A DNA stretch of 64,000 nucleotides from the human T2T-CHM13v2.0 reference genome, Homo sapiens. The DNA lies in NCBI RefSeq assembly GCF_009914755.1, contig NC_060927.1. The stretch is one strand, 5' to 3'. A model generated the notes under the pieces. It was not told the DNA's origin and did no database searches. It was given only the letters and a program-made list of their open reading frames with translations. This document shows, piece after piece, positions 59,979 through 64,000 of the stretch. The position numbers and the translations under genes are program-made. How positions within the stretch are numbered: position 1 is the first letter of the stretch; each line of letters starts with the position of its first letter.

Positions 59979-60459
59979 TTAATTAAACTTTCAAAAAATA
60001 AATTCAGATTTGTTTTTTAAACTTTAATTTTGAAATTTAACATTCATTTATTATAATTCTATTTGCCTTTTAATTTTAATAATTTTGCATATTTTAAGTT
60101 GTTTTTGTAGTCCAGCTAATTTTGCATATTTTAGAAGAGAAATAACTTTTGGGAAAACAAATAAACAACTTTTAAATTTTAATATTTCACATTTACTTTA
60201 ATTACACTTAATGAAAATAGATTCACATTTTACATACTTTAAATATAATTTTTAACTCTATGATCATTACTGTCAATAGGACACAAATTAGGTGAATAAC
60301 TTGACTTAACATAATAATGTTTCTGACAAGATAGCAAGAAAAATAAATTTAATAGAATAAATACTCAATTATTTATACATTATGTATCATTTTAATCTTC
60401 GAAAATGACAACTCTATGAACAAAACCCTGAGACAGACAATTCACAATAATTAACTTCA

Positions 60460-60890
<431 letters not shown>

Positions 60891-61147
60891 TCAGCTCTGC
60901 CTCAGGGCCTTTTCTCCTGCGTTTCGCTACTCCAAGGCTCTTTGCAGATCTTCAAAGAGCTATTCCTTCTCCTCATTCAGGTTTCAGCTCAAAAGTTGCC
61001 TCCTCAGAAAGGTTTTGCTTTTTCTTTCCCACATGTAGCTCTTACTGGGTGCCTGGATCCGTAACCAGTACTCCAGATCTGTTCAACCATTTCTTCCTTC
61101 CCAGGGCCCTTGGAAGCAGGTACTTTTTAGCACGGAAGAAGCAAGTA

Positions 61148-61700
61148 ACTGGAGGACATTACGCTAAGTGAAATAAGCCAAGCACAGAAAGACAAATATC
61201 CTCCGTGCCCCAGTCATGGGCACATGACTGACCCTGTCTTATTTCCTCATTTTGTTGATCACTCTCTGAAATTATCTTGTTCATAGTGTGTTTCCTTGTA
61301 TAGCTCCAAGAAAATGTGGGTTTTCTCTTCCTTGTTTGCCACAATACCAGCAGAGCCAAGAAAGGGCCTGGCACCCAGTGGGAGCTTGTAAATATTTTTT
61401 AAATACGTTAATAAACCATTACGTTAAGCCTTAAAAAGCAAAAGCTCCAATCATCAAGGTTTGTTTTTAACCTCAACTTATTATTTAAAAATGTATTCTG
61501 AAGTATTAATAGGTGAAATTATATGAAGCCTAAGATATGCTTTAAAATACTCTATATTTTTTTTTAAAGTGTGGGGATAGAGGAAATAAGACTGACAAAA
61601 TATTGATCATTATTAAGGCTGGGTGATAGATCCAATAGTCATTTTACTATTCTCTTTACTTTTGTATATGTTCAAAATTTCCTCCATAAAAACTTTTTTT
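61148..61700. mobile_element. Short L1 fragment, L2 3' end and L1ME-like 3' end
   Basis: aactggaggacattacgctaagtgaaataagcc; gcctggcacccagtgggagcttgtaaatattt; tactattctctttacttttgtatatgtt. Confidence 0.65.
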
Positions 61701-62049
61701 AAGCCAGTTAATTGTCCTTGGGACAAGATAAACCCCAGCCTTCAGATTGCAGTGACTTGGTTGCTCTCTTGAAGTAGGAAAAAGGGAAAAAAGAAAACTA
61801 GAAAAAGCCAATTTCTAGTGTCACAGGTGCACATAGGAGTTACAAAGGAGGCAGTAATTAAACCCCCAAAGGAAGAAAATACGGTTCTACAGGCAAGATG
61901 ACAATGGAGAGGGGTTCTGATGGATGCATAGGAGTTCGTGCATTAAGCACAATAAAGGCATTCTAGTCAAAGGACACCAGTCTATCCAAAGGCACAAAAA
62001 TTGAAAGTGCCTGGCATACTGATTAAATTAGGATATTTTCAACTGAACT

Positions 62050-62520
62050 GGATTAAACAGTAAAGACAATTTAGTAGATCTCATAACAAGATAAGGAGAG
62101 GTAGATGGTGTCCAGACTGGTTAAGTTAGCAACTCTGTGATACCATTAAGGACTCAGGTTCTCTTCATGTCTTTACTCTGTCCACTGCCACATGTCTTAG
62201 CTGTCCTCATGGTTGTAAGATACCTCCTTCAATTCCATGTGTGATAACTTCCAAATGAAGAAGAAATGGCATCTTTTTCTACCAACAAGGAAACCTTTCT
62301 CAGAAGCCCCCAGCAGACTTCCCCTTGTGTTCCATTGGCCAGGAGTGTGTTACCTGCCCATGCCTGAGTCATAATTGAGGGAATCAAACCACCATGACTA
62401 GTTTGGAATGATCTTTATCCACTCCTTGGTGCTGGGCCCAGCGCCTGCCTCCTAGGAAGCACATGGCCTCTCCAAAGGTTAGCAGGCCCATGTTGGAAAG
62501 AGCCTTGATGGTAGGCTAAG
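62050..62520 (-). mobile_element. MLT1K/J-like relic
   Basis: cagaagcccccagcagacttccccttgtgttccattggccagg. Confidence 0.65.
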
Positions 62521-62699
62521 GAGTCTTCATCCAAAAACAGGTGGTGGAGTGCTCTTTTTAAAGAGGCTGTGATTTGATGTGATCTGCTTTTCAGAAAGAA
62601 CACTCTGGTGCCTGAGTAGAAGATGGCTTGGGAAGGGGGAGTCAGCTATGGAGTTAGAAAGAGCACAGAGGAGGGGACTGCAGTTTTCCAGGAGAGAGA

Positions 62700-63018
62700 A
62701 GATGGGCCTAATGTCTTCCATCTTCCCCCGCAGATCCACTCTCCACCCTCCCCTGCTACTCTCTGCAGCCCTTGGAGACTGACCTCCATGGTCCTCATTA
62801 AAGACTTCCATGCCCTCTGCCTTCCAGTGGTGTTCAGTCGAAGGTAAGAACTGAGAGGGGAGTGGAGGGAGGAATGAGATTAAGGTGGGGGTATCTATCT
62901 CCCCAGTTTCCTCCCCAGGTCACCTTGAGCTGGCTGGGTCTTGACCCATCAAGGCTTCCTCTCTACATGACTCACATAACTGTTCACTGCATGCCCTTAG
63001 CTATGGGAATGGTAACAG
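62700..63018 (-). mobile_element. LTR33-like ERVL relic
   Basis: cagatccactctccaccctcccctgctactctctgc...gggaatggtaacag. Confidence 0.6.
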
Positions 63019-64000
63019 TGATAGTGGCAGAAGGGTGACAGATTCTTAGGTAGATAGGGGCGGGTCCCTGGTGAAACCCAAACTTCAAGCCAAAGAGAGT
63101 TTAAAGCCTGAAAACCAACCTACAAGTCTCTGATAAATCCACGAACTGAATTGAGAAACTCTCTTCCCGTTTGGTGCACTTTCCCCTCATTGTCCCCATC
63201 CTTCACCCATTTTATATATACCTACTCTTCCCTAATTGGTTTTTTACACTGTCATGCCCATCTTTGAGTGGTGCCTTTTTTTTAGTCTTTTTTGCATACT
63301 CACAACCCAATCAGCACACACCCCCCCAATTCTGAGCCCATAAAAACCCCAGACTCAGCCACACTTTGGGACTATTCACCTTTGGGTGGGGGACTACTCA
63401 CTTTTGGGTAGGGGCTGCCCACTTTGGGTCCCCTCTCTGCTGAGAGCTGTGTCATTGCTCAATAAAATTCATCTCCATCTTACTCACCCTCCAGTTGTCA
63501 GCATAACCTCATTCTTCTTGGATGCAGGACAAGAACCTGGGACCCACCAAATGCAAGTACAGAAAGAGTTGTAACACTGTAGCTCTCTGCCTTCTGCTGG
63601 TGCCGGAAGGCCACCTCACATGATGGGAAGCAGAAGCAGTGCTGGGTCAGCCCAGGAGCTGCAGTCCAGTGTGGGTCGGTGGGACTGAACGAGCTGTAAC
63701 ACAAATGGGCTCAGACATGCTCTGTCCCCAACCTCATGCGCTGTGCTGCAGGTGGTAGGAAGGAGAGAAGAGCCAGGACCCTTCTGGGGCCCCAGACCTT
63801 GGGGTTTCCCCAAGCCAGAGCTGTAACTTGCTGTAACAGCCTCTTTGGGGTTCCACAGTTGCTGGCATCACCAAAGCTTTCGGGTGCCACTGTGTTCCCC
63901 TCATCCAAATACTGATGCCCAAGGCAGAAGCAGGGTCATGGGACACCCAGTCCAGCTGCAGGCTAAGCACAGATCCCACAGTGAGTGCGGGATCCAGGCT
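63019..64000 (+). mobile_element. MER50-like ERV1 LTR (runs off the window)
   Basis: tgatagtggcagaagggtgacagattcttaggtagataggggcgggtccctggtgaaaccc. Confidence 0.75.

Noticed and set aside
61590-61700. L1ME-like 3' end as local donor of the SVA3 transduction
   Set aside because: Only family-level similarity; too diverged for a recent SVA event.

Overview
Great-ape (human-like) intergenic DNA made almost entirely of interspersed repeats, with about 70 Alus, three SVAs, many ERV1/MaLR/ERVL LTRs, L1/L2/MIR relics and a Tigger2a. I can support no intact protein-coding gene, RNA gene or CRISPR array; the supplied ORFs are nearly all Alu, SVA or microsatellite read-throughs. The main landmarks are: (i) a processed DUSP5 pseudogene (44622-48137, +) split by four Alus, whose 5' end is still a CpG island; (ii) a degraded two-LTR gag-pol-env class I provirus (17636-28040, -) with an Arg-tRNA PBS, nested in an older MER4-group element whose two ends appear inverted; (iii) three SVAs, one full-length, one lacking SINE-R but with a TSD, and one carrying a 3' transduction; (iv) one ancient antisense L1M that can be followed across about 36 kb of nested insertions; and (v) a roughly 200-bp non-repeat-like segment with a CTCF-like motif that occurs twice, inverted and 23 kb apart (34634-34829 vs 57604-57802). 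Repeat family names come from recalled consensus sequences, not a database search, and boundaries without a quoted TSD are approximate.
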